Positions 30,280-40,332 of a stretch of DNA of 64,000 nucleotides are shown here, in pieces. Both the position numbers and the translations under genes were made by a program. The notes under the pieces are model-generated. The model did no database searches. It was given only the letters and a program-made list of their open reading frames with translations, and was not told the origin of the DNA. Source of the stretch: Patescibacteria group bacterium (GTDB lineage: Bacteria > Patescibacteriota > JABMPQ01 > JAQVVF01); the NCBI GenBank assembly GCA_041662665.1, contig JBAZSC010000002.1:165234-229233 (forward strand). Direction: 5' to 3'. Every line of letters begins with the position of its first letter. Within the stretch, counting starts at the first letter, position 1.

Positions 30280-30669
30280 CTATTGGATTTGCTCTTTTAT
30301 TCTTTTTTTCTTGTCTTCTTCAACCAATTTTACTGCTTCTTGAAAAACATCATCTAGCCTTTTATCTAATTTCTCAATTCCTTTTTGATATTCGTCATTT
30401 GCATATTTCATCCTTTTCAACATTCTAAAATAAATCAAATCCAAAACTAATTTGTCTTGATGAATTTGAGTACCCAAACCTTCTTTAGTTTTTTCTTTGT
30501 CTTTAATTCCTTTTTGCACTTTTTTGATATGATTATCAATTGCTTTGATAATGCTATCTCGCACTTTTTTACTTAAACCTTCTGTTTCTATTTTTTTAAT
30601 CAAACTATTTTTCTCGCGAGTTGTTAAATCGGATTGCTTGATTAGTTCTATTGCTTTTTTTGTTTCCAT
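30280..30669 (-). CDS. Hypothetical coiled-coil protein
   Basis: 129-aa K/E-rich ORF in tandem with its neighbours. Confidence 0.65.
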   Translation of the reverse strand: METKKAIELIKQSDLTTREKNSLIKKIETEGLSKKVRDSIIKAIDNHIKKVQKGIKDKEKTKEGLGTQIHQDKLVLDLIYFRMLKRMKYANDEYQKGIEKLDKRLDDVFQEAVKLVEEDKKKRIKEQIQ

Positions 30670-30738
30670 ATTTTTGTATTTAAAAGATTAAATAATTAAG
30701 CTTGTCCACCAGAGTCTCCCGCAGAAGACGCAGGTACA

Positions 30739-31899
30739 TTATTCACCAAATTTTGCTCTTAATTCTTTAAAACGAACTTCTTGCGCTTTTAATTTTTCAT
30801 ATTCTCTTCTTTCCATTTTTTCTTTTGCAGATCCTACTAATACTTTTGCTTGTTCCTTTTTAAATCTTTCCCATTCCGCTATTTTCCTTTTCGTTCTAGC
30901 AATTTCAATTGGAAAATCAGTTGCCATTTCTTTATATGCTTTAACAGCCTCTTCAGAAACCGTTCTTAATCCTGAATCCATTCTTTTCATTGCTATTTTT
31001 GGCAAATTTTCTCCAGCCGAAACAGCACCATATCCTAATTCAGTCATAGTTTTACCAAAAGAAGTTAAAGTATTTTTTACAGGACCGCTAAAAAAACTTT
31101 TTAATGATTTACCTGCCTTATCTAATCTATCTTTTGCAAATCTTGTTAAGCTCTCTACTCTTTGCCTGCCCAATTCAGTATCCCAAATTTGATCTTCTTC
31201 TGCTTTTTTTACTAAAGCTAATCTCTCTGTATCTCTAACAAGAGTATCGGTATTATATATAACAGTATCAACATCTTCGCCACTTGGATTAACCAATGCT
31301 AAATCCAAAGCTGTTTCAACTCTTTGCCAATCGCTATCAAATTGTGCGTCAAATTCAGGATCTAAAAATTGCTCATTATTTCCAGCATTTAAAATCTCTA
31401 AAACCTCAGCTGTAGCTACTTCTTGTCCAGTATCTTTTTTGAGCTCTCTGACCATTTGAGCTAAAACATCTTCTTCTGGAAGTCCTTCCTCGAGTGAAGA
31501 TTTTGGAGGCTCAACTTTTGGAAGCTCAATTGTCTGAGCGCTTTCGATTTGCTTATGTGCGGCAGCCCTTCTCAAAGAAGCTTTTTCTTCTTCTGTTGCT
31601 CCACCTTTTTCAGTTTGAGTAATTTTATGTTCTGCTTTTACACCAGTAGTTGTTATTGGTTGACCATTTTCATCAACTTCTTTAACATCTTTATCAGCTA
31701 CTTCAGTTCCTTGTGCTTCTGGCAACGTTGGTGCAGTTTCCTCTTTAATTGTTGGCGCACCAATCTCAGCAACTGTTGGCGCTTCTTCAATCACAACGCC
31801 CTTGCCACTTTTTCCTTTTTTTCTCGCAGATCTCGATTTTCCTTTATAAAAAGCTTCCTGTTCTTTTGGATTTGGCACATCAATACTTTTTCTTGCCAT
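30739..31899 (-). CDS. Hypothetical acidic protein
   Basis: 386-aa ORF, architecture similar to 29024-30253. Confidence 0.7.
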   Translation of the reverse strand: MARKSIDVPNPKEQEAFYKGKSRSARKKGKSGKGVVIEEAPTVAEIGAPTIKEETAPTLPEAQGTEVADKDVKEVDENGQPITTTGVKAEHKITQTEKGGATEEEKASLRRAAAHKQIESAQTIELPKVEPPKSSLEEGLPEEDVLAQMVRELKKDTGQEVATAEVLEILNAGNNEQFLDPEFDAQFDSDWQRVETALDLALVNPSGEDVDTVIYNTDTLVRDTERLALVKKAEEDQIWDTELGRQRVESLTRFAKDRLDKAGKSLKSFFSGPVKNTLTSFGKTMTELGYGAVSAGENLPKIAMKRMDSGLRTVSEEAVKAYKEMATDFPIEIARTKRKIAEWERFKKEQAKVLVGSAKEKMERREYEKLKAQEVRFKELRAKFGE

Positions 31900-31968
31900 A
31901 AATTTTAATTTTATTTTTTAACAAAAACTACCAATAATTAAGTATAGCACAAAATAACAAGTTTCGCA

Positions 31969-32649
31969 TTATTTTTTTGGTTTTGTAATATGCGGTTCTC
32001 TTAAATAATACGGCATAACAACTTCATTTTGTTCTTTATTATTTAATTTTTCTTCTCCAATTTTTAACAAATTTTCCAGAATATCTTGATCAAAATCATC
32101 TTTAATCTTTATATCTAGAACTTTATTTTTCAATTTTTCTCTAATTATTTTTTCTTTTTCTGAATTTATTTGTCCAATAAAATAAGTTGGCAAAGTTATT
32201 TTTTCACACAACTGCTCAACAGTGCAAACGTATCTTTCTGTTTTCTGTTTCCTGTTTCCTGTTAACAATAGTTCTACATAAATCAAATCACTAATATTTT
32301 CTAAAATTGTAACAACATTATTCAAAACTCCATCGTTCTGACGTTCTAACGCTCCGACGTTCTGACGCTCCATTACTTCAAATCTATCCACACCCACAAC
32401 CTTGCAATTAAAACCAAAAGCCAAAGCATTCGCAGTAGCAACACCAACGCGCAATCCAGTATAAGATCCAGGCCCAATCACTACAATAATTCCGTCAATT
32501 TTATTATTTCCAACTATTTTTTTAATAATTGGCAATAATTCTTCAGATTGCCGAAAATTTGCTTCCCAAATTTTCTTCCTTATAATCTTATTTTGGTCAG
32601 CCAATCCGACAAAAGAAATATAAGTAGCTGTATTTATTAATAATATCAT
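31969..32649 (-). CDS. tsaB: tRNA threonylcarbamoyladenosine biosynthesis protein TsaB
   Basis: LINTAT, SEELLP.I, GPGSYTGLRVG..TANALA, C-terminal PYYLREPHIT. Confidence 0.88.
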   Translation of the reverse strand: MILLINTATYISFVGLADQNKIIRKKIWEANFRQSEELLPIIKKIVGNNKIDGIIVVIGPGSYTGLRVGVATANALAFGFNCKVVGVDRFEVMERQNVGALERQNDGVLNNVVTILENISDLIYVELLLTGNRKQKTERYVCTVEQLCEKITLPTYFIGQINSEKEKIIREKLKNKVLDIKIKDDFDQDILENLLKIGEEKLNNKEQNEVVMPYYLREPHITKPKK

Positions 32650-32737
32650 TTTAAAAAAATAAATTTTATGCTATATTTTCTATATCTAAGTTCAATTTTA
32701 TGAACTTTAAAAACTTTATAACTTTATAACTAATAAC

Positions 32738-33193
32738 ATGCTTATCATCCCAAAAGTACTTATTATTGCACTTGCATCAGGCGTTGTTGTACAAATCATC
32801 AAAGCTTGCATCATGTCTTGGCAAAACAAAGAAATTTTTAATTTTCATTATCTCTCTCGTTATGGCGGCATGCCTTCAACTCATTCTGCATTTCTAGCAT
32901 CTTTATCATCTGCAGTCTTTCTTGAAGACGGCTTTGCATCTACCTCTTTTGCCATCTGCTTAATTTTTTCTATTATTATAATCAGAGATGCCTTTGGTTT
33001 TAGAATGCTTTTGGAAAATCAAGGTAAAACATTAAAGAAAATGATTGATAATAACGAGAAAGAATTCAAAGAAATTGAAAAATACGATCGATACAAAACT
33101 TTAGGCTTGCGTGTCGGCCACACTTTACCAGAAATTATTGTTGGAACAATGATTGGAATCCTTGTTACCTTGTCTTTATTCTTTATAATCTAG
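32738..33193 (+). CDS. Divergent PAP2 family (DUF212-like) membrane protein
   Basis: GGMPSTHSA, IIIRDA.G.R, GHTLPEIIVG. Confidence 0.88.
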   Translation: MLIIPKVLIIALASGVVVQIIKACIMSWQNKEIFNFHYLSRYGGMPSTHSAFLASLSSAVFLEDGFASTSFAICLIFSIIIIRDAFGFRMLLENQGKTLKKMIDNNEKEFKEIEKYDRYKTLGLRVGHTLPEIIVGTMIGILVTLSLFFII

Positions 33194-33197
33194 ACTC

Positions 33198-33340
33198 AAA
33201 ACTCTAAATCCTAAATTCTAAATCCTAAACAAACTCAAAACCCAAATATCCAAATTCCAAAAACTCCGAAGTGCACTTTTGAATTTTATATTTTAGTTAT
33301 TTAAATTTGTTTAGAATTTAGAATTTAGTGCTTAGAATTT
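33198..33340. repeat. Inverted array of CTAAAT(T/C)/ATTTAG 7-nt units between convergent genes
   Basis: ctaaatcctaaattctaaatcctaaacaaa...tttgtttagaatttagaatttagtgcttag. Confidence 0.8.
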
Positions 33341-34731
33341 TAACGACTTAGGATTTTTTCCAATTCTTCTCTCACAACTACCCTGTCATCCCACGCAATT
33401 CCTTTTCCACTTCCAACTGGTCCAGTCATTATCATTTGCTCGCAACCTTTTCCAGTTATCAAAACCACATCGCCCTTCTGGGCTTTTTTTATTGCCAAAG
33501 CAATGGCATCTCGTCGATTCAAAATTTTAAATAAATTCTCATTCAATCGTTTTGGTTTAGCATTCGAAAAAGTATTTGATTTATTCGAAAAAGAATTTGA
33601 GTGATTCAACACGCCTGCCACAACATCATCGATAATGGTCTTCGGGTCATCATCATAAGGATCTTCATTCGTCACAATCACAATGTCAGCATATTTTGCA
33701 GCTAGTGCTCCTAGCTTTGGTCTTCTTGCCACATCACGTCCTCCACCAGTTGATCCTAAAACAGAAATTATCCGTCCCCGAGTACCTAAAAAACTAAGTA
33801 ACTTAGTAACTGCTTGATAAACATTTTCTAAAGCATTTGGCTCAAATGCATAATCAACAATTACTTTAAAATCTTGTCCTTCTTCAATAAACTCCATTTT
33901 GCCTAAATGCAATTTTACTTTTTTCAAAATATTTGCGCAATCTTCAAGTTTCATTTTATATAATGAACAAACCGCAATTGCAGACAACGCATTATAAACA
34001 TTATACTCACCTAACATATTCAAACTAAAATCAATGTCATTATTTATATTCGAAACTTCACATTTTGAATTCATTTGACATTTCGGATTTAAAATTTGAA
34101 ACTTTACTTGCAATCCTTCTGTTTTAATATTAACTGCTCTAAAATTGCAATTTTCATTTTTAATTCCAAATGTTAATTTTTCTCTAACTAAAAAATCCAA
34201 AAATTCAGGCGCATATTTGCTATCTGCATTTGCGACAATTTTATTTTTTACAACTTTGAAAAATTTTAATTTTGCTTTTTTATAATTCTCAAATCCACCA
34301 TGCGCTTCAACATGTTCTGAAAATAAATTTGTAAAAACTCCGCAATCAAAATCAATGCCTTTATGACGATATTGTTCAATTCCTTGCGAAGTTACTTCAA
34401 TAATACAAAATTTACAGCCTTCTTTAACAGCTTCTTTCAAAAATTTTTGTGTTTTAAATCTGCCAAGCATTGTCTGTTTGTACTTGCTGATCCATTCTTT
34501 ATCGCCAATTGCAAAATTTGATGTTGACATCATCGCGCATTTTTTTCCAGATTTTTGTAAAATTTGATAAATTAAATTGCATGTTGTTGTCTTACCAGTT
34601 GTGCCAGTTACTCCAATTACTGTCAATTTTTTTGATGAATGACCATACAAAAAAGCAGCTAAACCAGCCAAAACAAAATGATAAGCTCTCAAAATCGGCT
34701 TTGGAATAATTTTTCTTAAAATATTCATCAT
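33340..34731 (-). CDS. murE: UDP-N-acetylmuramoyl-tripeptide synthetase (MurE-like ligase)
   Basis: GVTGTTGKTT, EVTSQG, FTNL..EH, VDYA, GGGRD..RR, NEDP, ITGKG. Confidence 0.85.
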   Translation of the reverse strand: MMNILRKIIPKPILRAYHFVLAGLAAFLYGHSSKKLTVIGVTGTTGKTTTCNLIYQILQKSGKKCAMMSTSNFAIGDKEWISKYKQTMLGRFKTQKFLKEAVKEGCKFCIIEVTSQGIEQYRHKGIDFDCGVFTNLFSEHVEAHGGFENYKKAKLKFFKVVKNKIVANADSKYAPEFLDFLVREKLTFGIKNENCNFRAVNIKTEGLQVKFQILNPKCQMNSKCEVSNINNDIDFSLNMLGEYNVYNALSAIAVCSLYKMKLEDCANILKKVKLHLGKMEFIEEGQDFKVIVDYAFEPNALENVYQAVTKLLSFLGTRGRIISVLGSTGGGRDVARRPKLGALAAKYADIVIVTNEDPYDDDPKTIIDDVVAGVLNHSNSFSNKSNTFSNAKPKRLNENLFKILNRRDAIALAIKKAQKGDVVLITGKGCEQMIMTGPVGSGKGIAWDDRVVVREELEKILSR

Positions 34732-34773
34732 ACATCTAAAATAACATAGAAAACGTCTTTTTTCAACTTAGCC

Positions 34774-34806
34774 AAAAAAAATACGGCTAAACATTTTAGC
34801 CGTATT
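34774..34806 (-). terminator. Intrinsic terminator
   Basis: atacggctaaa/tttagccgtat stem with A-run on the plus strand. Confidence 0.7.
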
Positions 34807-34845
34807 AGAGATTTATTCGTCGTATTAGAGACTTTATTAGAGAAA

Positions 34846-36897
34846 TTACTTCACGCCAATCGTCAGCAATGTGTCTTTCTGTTTAAAATATCTGAAATCA
34901 GTTGCAAATGTATTTTTCTTAGTCTTCTGTTTTGTATTCGCTATCAATTTCAACTTGTTAGCATTGATCCAAGTCTTAGTTCCTTTGTCATAGATTTTTA
35001 ACCATAACTTCTTTTCAGCTTGTTTTTTCGTTAGCTTCTTTAAAACAGAATTCTTCAGTCTCAATTTATTCACCAATTTAGTAGTATAGTAAAACTTTAT
35101 TCTTACCTTAAACATTTTATTCTGATATTTTACTACCTTCTTTTTGTAAGTCTTCAATTTCGCACTACTACAACTCAAACTGTTATAGCAATCCGCATAA
35201 TTGCTTTCAGCATTTATCAATTTTTTTCTATAAGCTTTTCTATATGTATAAAGATTTGTTCTAACTTTCCAATATCTTTTAATCGTATTTGATTTGTATT
35301 TTGGATATTTTTTATTATATTTTTTGTATCTAAAAGTCTGCAACCAATACCTAGTTGGATCATTAGGAACTTCTTTCCAAGTATAAACTAAATCATAATT
35401 AACTATTTCTTGACCAATAATATCCTCTGTTACAGTTCGCCTTTCAGATTCACCAGTTTCCTCTTCGGCAGCTGATTCAGTTAAAGCAGTTGATATTGTA
35501 TTGCCTGCCCAATCTGACACTCTGAAATATATTGTTTTAACAGTTGAACTCGAAGCAGGATATATACGATCAGTAAAAGTTTCTGAAGTCAAAGCTGTTC
35601 CTATTCCAGCTGTCAAAGGATTGCAAGTATCATTTTCATCAATGCAATAATACTTTGCTCCACCCATTTTTGCATAATCAGATGCCGACATTTTATAACT
35701 AAATTCAGCTCCTGCCTTGCCAGTTAAAGCAACAGTTGCAGTTGGAATAACAGAATCAAGTAAAACTAAATTTTGATTATCATTACCAGTGGAATAATCT
35801 GATATAAAATAATTTTCATTACCATTTATCATTGATGTGTTTGTATTGCCCGCATCCATAGATTCTATTACTGTATCGCTAATTCCAGCAGAGCTATTTG
35901 TAGCATAATTTAAAAAATAGGCTGAAGTATAAGAAGAATGAGAAATATGAGAATAATTTTGACTATCTAATACAATCGATGGTGCTCCACCAATTCCAGT
36001 ACTATTGCAAGTATAAGATTCTGAAGTAAAACCGCTCACACTGCCAGCAGCAACTTTCAAACAAAACGTTGAGCCATTGTAATAAAAATAACCAATTCTT
36101 ACAACATTATCGCTTCCGATAGAAATACTATTATTTTTATACAAAAAATGACTTAGCGCAATAGTAGTAGCAACAGCAACATCCAGCGACCATGACCCAT
36201 TCGCATGCAATTGAATATATCTAATAGCTGCAGTACTTCCTCTATAATATGAAATATGAATATTATCAGATGAATCAACAACCGCCGATATATCCCATCC
36301 ATTATTTCCTGAAACAGCTGCATTTTCTGTAATCCAACTGTCACCACTTAAATATGCATGTTTTACATAACTAGTACCAGCATCAAAAACTTTTTGATAA
36401 AAAACATGGGGAGTACCATTTGAAGTTAAAACTATTGATGTATGATAACCTGTATCGCCATCAGCGTCAGCCGTCCAAACAGAAGACCACGAACCACCAG
36501 TATTTTTATAAACGTACAAATTTGAATCCGATTGAAAACTAATCCAAATATTATTATTAGACTTGTCTATCGCAATCGAACAATATTTTCCGAAATCAAC
36601 AAACAATGAACGCCCAACAACTTCAACTTGCCAAGCAGTTCCATCCCAATATGCATGTTTCAATCCATGATATGTCCCATCCTCATAATACGAACAAAGA
36701 TGAGGATAATCATTACTATCAAGAGCGATAAATCTATCACCAAAATAATCCTTGGCATCACCAACTACGTCTGCAAAAGTCACCTTTCCACTTTCATTCG
36801 TTTGCGTCACTGCCTTCGCTTGATTTGTATTAGCAATCATTCCAAATGCAAAGAAAATTGCTAAAAAACAAAGTAAAGACAATACTTTTTTCTTCAT
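34846..36897 (-). CDS. Exported beta-rich (propeller-like) protein with Lys-rich C-terminal module
   Basis: Signal peptide; repeated SIA.DS.D..HISY units; basic C-domain ending TIGVK. Confidence 0.8.
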   Translation of the reverse strand: MKKKVLSLLCFLAIFFAFGMIANTNQAKAVTQTNESGKVTFADVVGDAKDYFGDRFIALDSNDYPHLCSYYEDGTYHGLKHAYWDGTAWQVEVVGRSLFVDFGKYCSIAIDKSNNNIWISFQSDSNLYVYKNTGGSWSSVWTADADGDTGYHTSIVLTSNGTPHVFYQKVFDAGTSYVKHAYLSGDSWITENAAVSGNNGWDISAVVDSSDNIHISYYRGSTAAIRYIQLHANGSWSLDVAVATTIALSHFLYKNNSISIGSDNVVRIGYFYYNGSTFCLKVAAGSVSGFTSESYTCNSTGIGGAPSIVLDSQNYSHISHSSYTSAYFLNYATNSSAGISDTVIESMDAGNTNTSMINGNENYFISDYSTGNDNQNLVLLDSVIPTATVALTGKAGAEFSYKMSASDYAKMGGAKYYCIDENDTCNPLTAGIGTALTSETFTDRIYPASSSTVKTIYFRVSDWAGNTISTALTESAAEEETGESERRTVTEDIIGQEIVNYDLVYTWKEVPNDPTRYWLQTFRYKKYNKKYPKYKSNTIKRYWKVRTNLYTYRKAYRKKLINAESNYADCYNSLSCSSAKLKTYKKKVVKYQNKMFKVRIKFYYTTKLVNKLRLKNSVLKKLTKKQAEKKLWLKIYDKGTKTWINANKLKLIANTKQKTKKNTFATDFRYFKQKDTLLTIGVK

Positions 36898-36970
36898 TTT
36901 TTTGATTTTATTTTTATAAAAATTTTGTTAAGTATATTATAACACAAATAATAATAATAGATATCCCAAC

Positions 36971-38125
36971 TTAATTAAACTTCGCCACTACATTATAAAA
37001 AATCTGATAAACAATTCCTCCGCCAAAAATTATATACAAAATATAAATTAAAAATTTCGGCAATCTCAATGAATAAGCTGGCTTTAATTGTCCTATTTTT
37101 TTTGCCTTCAAAAACATTCTCAATATCATAATACCTTGCAAACCGCCAGTCACTGTTCCAACTATTTCAATAACCGCAATAAAACTCCTTGCACCTAAAA
37201 CAAAAATTATTAATGGTATTGTAACTGTAATAACCCACGCCCAAATATTTTTTATTTTATAATCAAATTGAAACATATCTTTCATTGTCATACCAAGACT
37301 AAAAAAAGAAGTTGCCACAGCTAAAATACCTAAGATCGCTCCAGCAACAACAATCTTCCTACCCAAAATTTTGCTAACACCAACAATTGCTTCCTCGCTT
37401 GTTTGATCGCCAGAAATTCCAACAATCACAAAACTAAAAAATAAATAAACTAAAAAAGCAATTATCATTCCAAATATAATCGCAATTTTTAATCTTCTCT
37501 TATTCTTCGCTAATAAATCAACCATGCCCGGAATAGTCGACGCACCTTCATAAGAAAATAGAATAACACCATAAGGCAAAAACAAAGATCCTATTCCTAA
37601 ACCAATAAAATTAGTTAAACTTATTTCACGAACTCCGATAATAATCACAAAACCAACAATTAATAAAAGCAGAAAAACCATTAAATTCTCGAGCTTTTCT
37701 ATTACTCTCATGCCGAATAATAAAGCAATACTCGCTAGAATATAAAAAATGAGCGAGTATAAAAAAGGCGTCCCACCAAAATAAGGCTTAAAAACTATCG
37801 CTAAAAAATTACCGATACCTATAGTATAAGCTAAAGTTGCACCAAAAACTCCAAAAATTAACGAAAATGCTACTGTTCTTTGTCCCCAAATTCCAGCATA
37901 TTTTTTTGCATAACCAGTCATCTGATGATGACCTTTTGTCCTCAAAATAATCTCGCCAAACGCCAAAGTTGTAATTGTTACCATAATTCCCAAAATCAAC
38001 AAATACAAAAAACCAACTCCAAAACCAACTTTGGAAATTACATAAGGAATACCAAACATACCAACACCAATCACAGTGCCAACCAACATCGCTACAGCGC
38101 TAAAAAAATTTGCTTTCAATTTCAT
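36971..38125 (-). CDS. Aromatic amino-acid permease family (TyrP/Mtr-like) transporter
   Basis: GTVIGVGMFGIP, PYGVILFSY.G...IP, LAVATSF; many TM segments. Confidence 0.82.
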   Translation of the reverse strand: MKLKANFFSAVAMLVGTVIGVGMFGIPYVISKVGFGVGFLYLLILGIMVTITTLAFGEIILRTKGHHQMTGYAKKYAGIWGQRTVAFSLIFGVFGATLAYTIGIGNFLAIVFKPYFGGTPFLYSLIFYILASIALLFGMRVIEKLENLMVFLLLLIVGFVIIIGVREISLTNFIGLGIGSLFLPYGVILFSYEGASTIPGMVDLLAKNKRRLKIAIIFGMIIAFLVYLFFSFVIVGISGDQTSEEAIVGVSKILGRKIVVAGAILGILAVATSFFSLGMTMKDMFQFDYKIKNIWAWVITVTIPLIIFVLGARSFIAVIEIVGTVTGGLQGIMILRMFLKAKKIGQLKPAYSLRLPKFLIYILYIIFGGGIVYQIFYNVVAKFN

Positions 38126-38127
38126 AG

Positions 38128-38217
38128 ATATAATACAAATATACGAATTTATACAAATGATACAAATATGCGAATTCGTATATTCGCAACATTTGCATTA
38201 TTTGTATATTCGTATTA
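38128..38217. repeat. Inverted array of ATAC(A/G)AAT / ATT(C/T)GTAT units
   Basis: taatacaaatatacgaat...atttgtatattcgtatta; solo arm at 61842-61895. Confidence 0.8.
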
Positions 38218-38472
38218 TTTTTTCCAGAATTCCCACCATTTCTTTTGTATTTTTTCTTCTTTATCCGCCGAAGCTTTAGCGAAGGCGGACTCTCTCATCT
38301 TTTCTGCAACGTCTTCTTGTTCGTCTGGCCTTAGATTAAATTTGCTTTCTTCGTTCATTTCATTATGTTGCTTATCAATTGTTTTCTCTTGCATCTTGTT
38401 TGCATAACCAGAATCACGCGCATCTTCTCTCTTCTTTTCAACACGATCAAATGGATTTTGTTGGTCTACCAT
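38215..38472 (-). CDS. Hypothetical small protein with in-frame REP palindrome and C-terminal KKWWEFWKK
   Basis: 85-aa ORF; SAFAKASADK is encoded by 38263-38289. Confidence 0.65.
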   Translation of the reverse strand: MVDQQNPFDRVEKKREDARDSGYANKMQEKTIDKQHNEMNEESKFNLRPDEQEDVAEKMRESAFAKASADKEEKIQKKWWEFWKK

Positions 38473-38490
38473 AAATTTAAAATTATTTTA

Positions 38491-40329
38491 TTAAATAGTG
38501 CTGATCGCAAACTTATTCTTTTGCCATCTAAAATTATTAATCCAAATTCTAAACTTTTTTTCTTTTTTTAAATATACTGCTGGCATAGTCTGCCATTGAT
38601 TAGTATTATTATTATAAAATTTTAATTTCAAATCTTTTTTCTTTAACCCATGCAATAATCTATTTCTAAATTTAAAAACCATTTTAATTTTAAATTTTTT
38701 ATCACTTTTTATCTTGTTTAAATTTGATTCTATTTTCCAATAGCCTTTTAATGTTTTTGATTTATTCAAACCACTCGGTTTTTTTGCTATTCTCGCTATT
38801 TTAAACCAATAATCAGTCGGTTTGTTAGGTATTTTTTTAAACTTAAAATCCAATAATTTTCCTTCTAAAGCAATATTTTTCAATCCTTTTCTTAAATCAA
38901 ATTTCTTATCATTATAAACGATATTGTAATTTTCTGTCCTGACGATTTCTTGATTACCAAGACTATCAACTGAAAAAAATTTTAATGTTTTGTCATTAAA
39001 AATTCTAAACGCTGAAGAATATTTTGTTGAACTAATGGTCGGTGTTGAACCGTCAAGAGTATAATAAATTCCTGAAATGCCATTTGTATCTGTAGCAGTT
39101 AAAGTAATTTTTTTATATTTTTTATAATCTCCGCCTACAGGCACTGCTACAGTTTTCGGCTCCAAAAAATTTTCTGAAATTTTATTCCACAAATCAGCAT
39201 ATCCATTGTCATATCCCAAAGCCCAAATTCCAATACCTAACAAAGCATTATCATTCACCAAATCATATTTATATTGCAAGCTTTCTTCATCCTCATACCA
39301 AGTCTGCCTAAAACTTCCATATTTATAGTAAGGAGTTTTTGAATCATTATCCCAAATTCGTGAATAATTTAAAATTGCCAATCTATTTTCAGCATAAGTT
39401 TTTGCTTCACCAGTCCCAATCGTATTAGCTGGAACTGTATCAGCACTAACTTCCCAATCATAACCATAATAAGGCACACCTAAAATCAATTTTTGTCGAT
39501 TATTATTTGTTAAACTTAAATAAGTTTCTAATGTACTCACAACATTATAATTACCCCAAGTACTACTATCATCATATGGAGCAATTGGACCTGCAGTTGA
39601 TCCGCTTTGCCAATGGTAATCATAAGCCATAATCATCAATCCATCAGAATTTAAAGCTAGCGCATTTTCATCAAAAGCATCAGACCAATCAACAGCCGGC
39701 ACATCAATTGCAATATGATAAGAAGAATTGGAAATTTTAAAAGTATTATTCAAATCAGTGATAAAAGTCGTCAAATTTGTTTTCATCGCAGAATCGACAT
39801 TTTCAAAATCAATATTTATTCCGTCAGCAGATGTGCTTTTAACTTCATTCAATAAATTATTAATTAAGTTATTTCTATAAGTTGCGTTTGATAATAAAGT
39901 TGATAAATCAGATGAACTAAAATTTTGTGCTGTTAAAACAACTTTCACTCCATTTTGATGAGCCAAATTTAATAAAGTATTATTTGGCCAGCCATGTTTA
40001 TCTCCCAAACTCCCATCGCTATTAACTTCAATTGAAAAATATGCCAAATGCGTAATCAAATTCCATTGAAAATTTGCATAAGTATCACCCATCCAATAAG
40101 GAAAAAAACCATAAACAACTTTAGAAACATCTGGCGATAAACTAACATTGCCATTGCTGACAATTCCAATATTACTTTCTTTAATTCTATAATCCTTATA
40201 TTTTTCAAGTTCAGTTTGATGAATACTCTTATCATCCGACAAAACATTAAGTGAAGATAAATTAGCAAAAACAAAATTTCCAGAAAATAGAATTAAACAA
40301 ATAATTAAAATATAAAATATTTTTTTCAT
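38491..40329 (-). CDS. Exported glycoside hydrolase family 18 protein with Fn3-associated domain and Lys-rich C-terminal module
   Basis: DGINIDFE, IMAYDY, LILGVPYYG, GIGIWALGYD; IYYTLDGSTP. Confidence 0.88.
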   Translation of the reverse strand: MKKIFYILIICLILFSGNFVFANLSSLNVLSDDKSIHQTELEKYKDYRIKESNIGIVSNGNVSLSPDVSKVVYGFFPYWMGDTYANFQWNLITHLAYFSIEVNSDGSLGDKHGWPNNTLLNLAHQNGVKVVLTAQNFSSSDLSTLLSNATYRNNLINNLLNEVKSTSADGINIDFENVDSAMKTNLTTFITDLNNTFKISNSSYHIAIDVPAVDWSDAFDENALALNSDGLMIMAYDYHWQSGSTAGPIAPYDDSSTWGNYNVVSTLETYLSLTNNNRQKLILGVPYYGYDWEVSADTVPANTIGTGEAKTYAENRLAILNYSRIWDNDSKTPYYKYGSFRQTWYEDEESLQYKYDLVNDNALLGIGIWALGYDNGYADLWNKISENFLEPKTVAVPVGGDYKKYKKITLTATDTNGISGIYYTLDGSTPTISSTKYSSAFRIFNDKTLKFFSVDSLGNQEIVRTENYNIVYNDKKFDLRKGLKNIALEGKLLDFKFKKIPNKPTDYWFKIARIAKKPSGLNKSKTLKGYWKIESNLNKIKSDKKFKIKMVFKFRNRLLHGLKKKDLKLKFYNNNTNQWQTMPAVYLKKEKKFRIWINNFRWQKNKFAISTI

Positions 40330-40332
40330 TAA

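Noticed and set aside
37880-38407. 175-aa plus-strand ORF
   Set aside because: Spans antisense parts of two genes and a repeat palindrome; no coherent protein signal.
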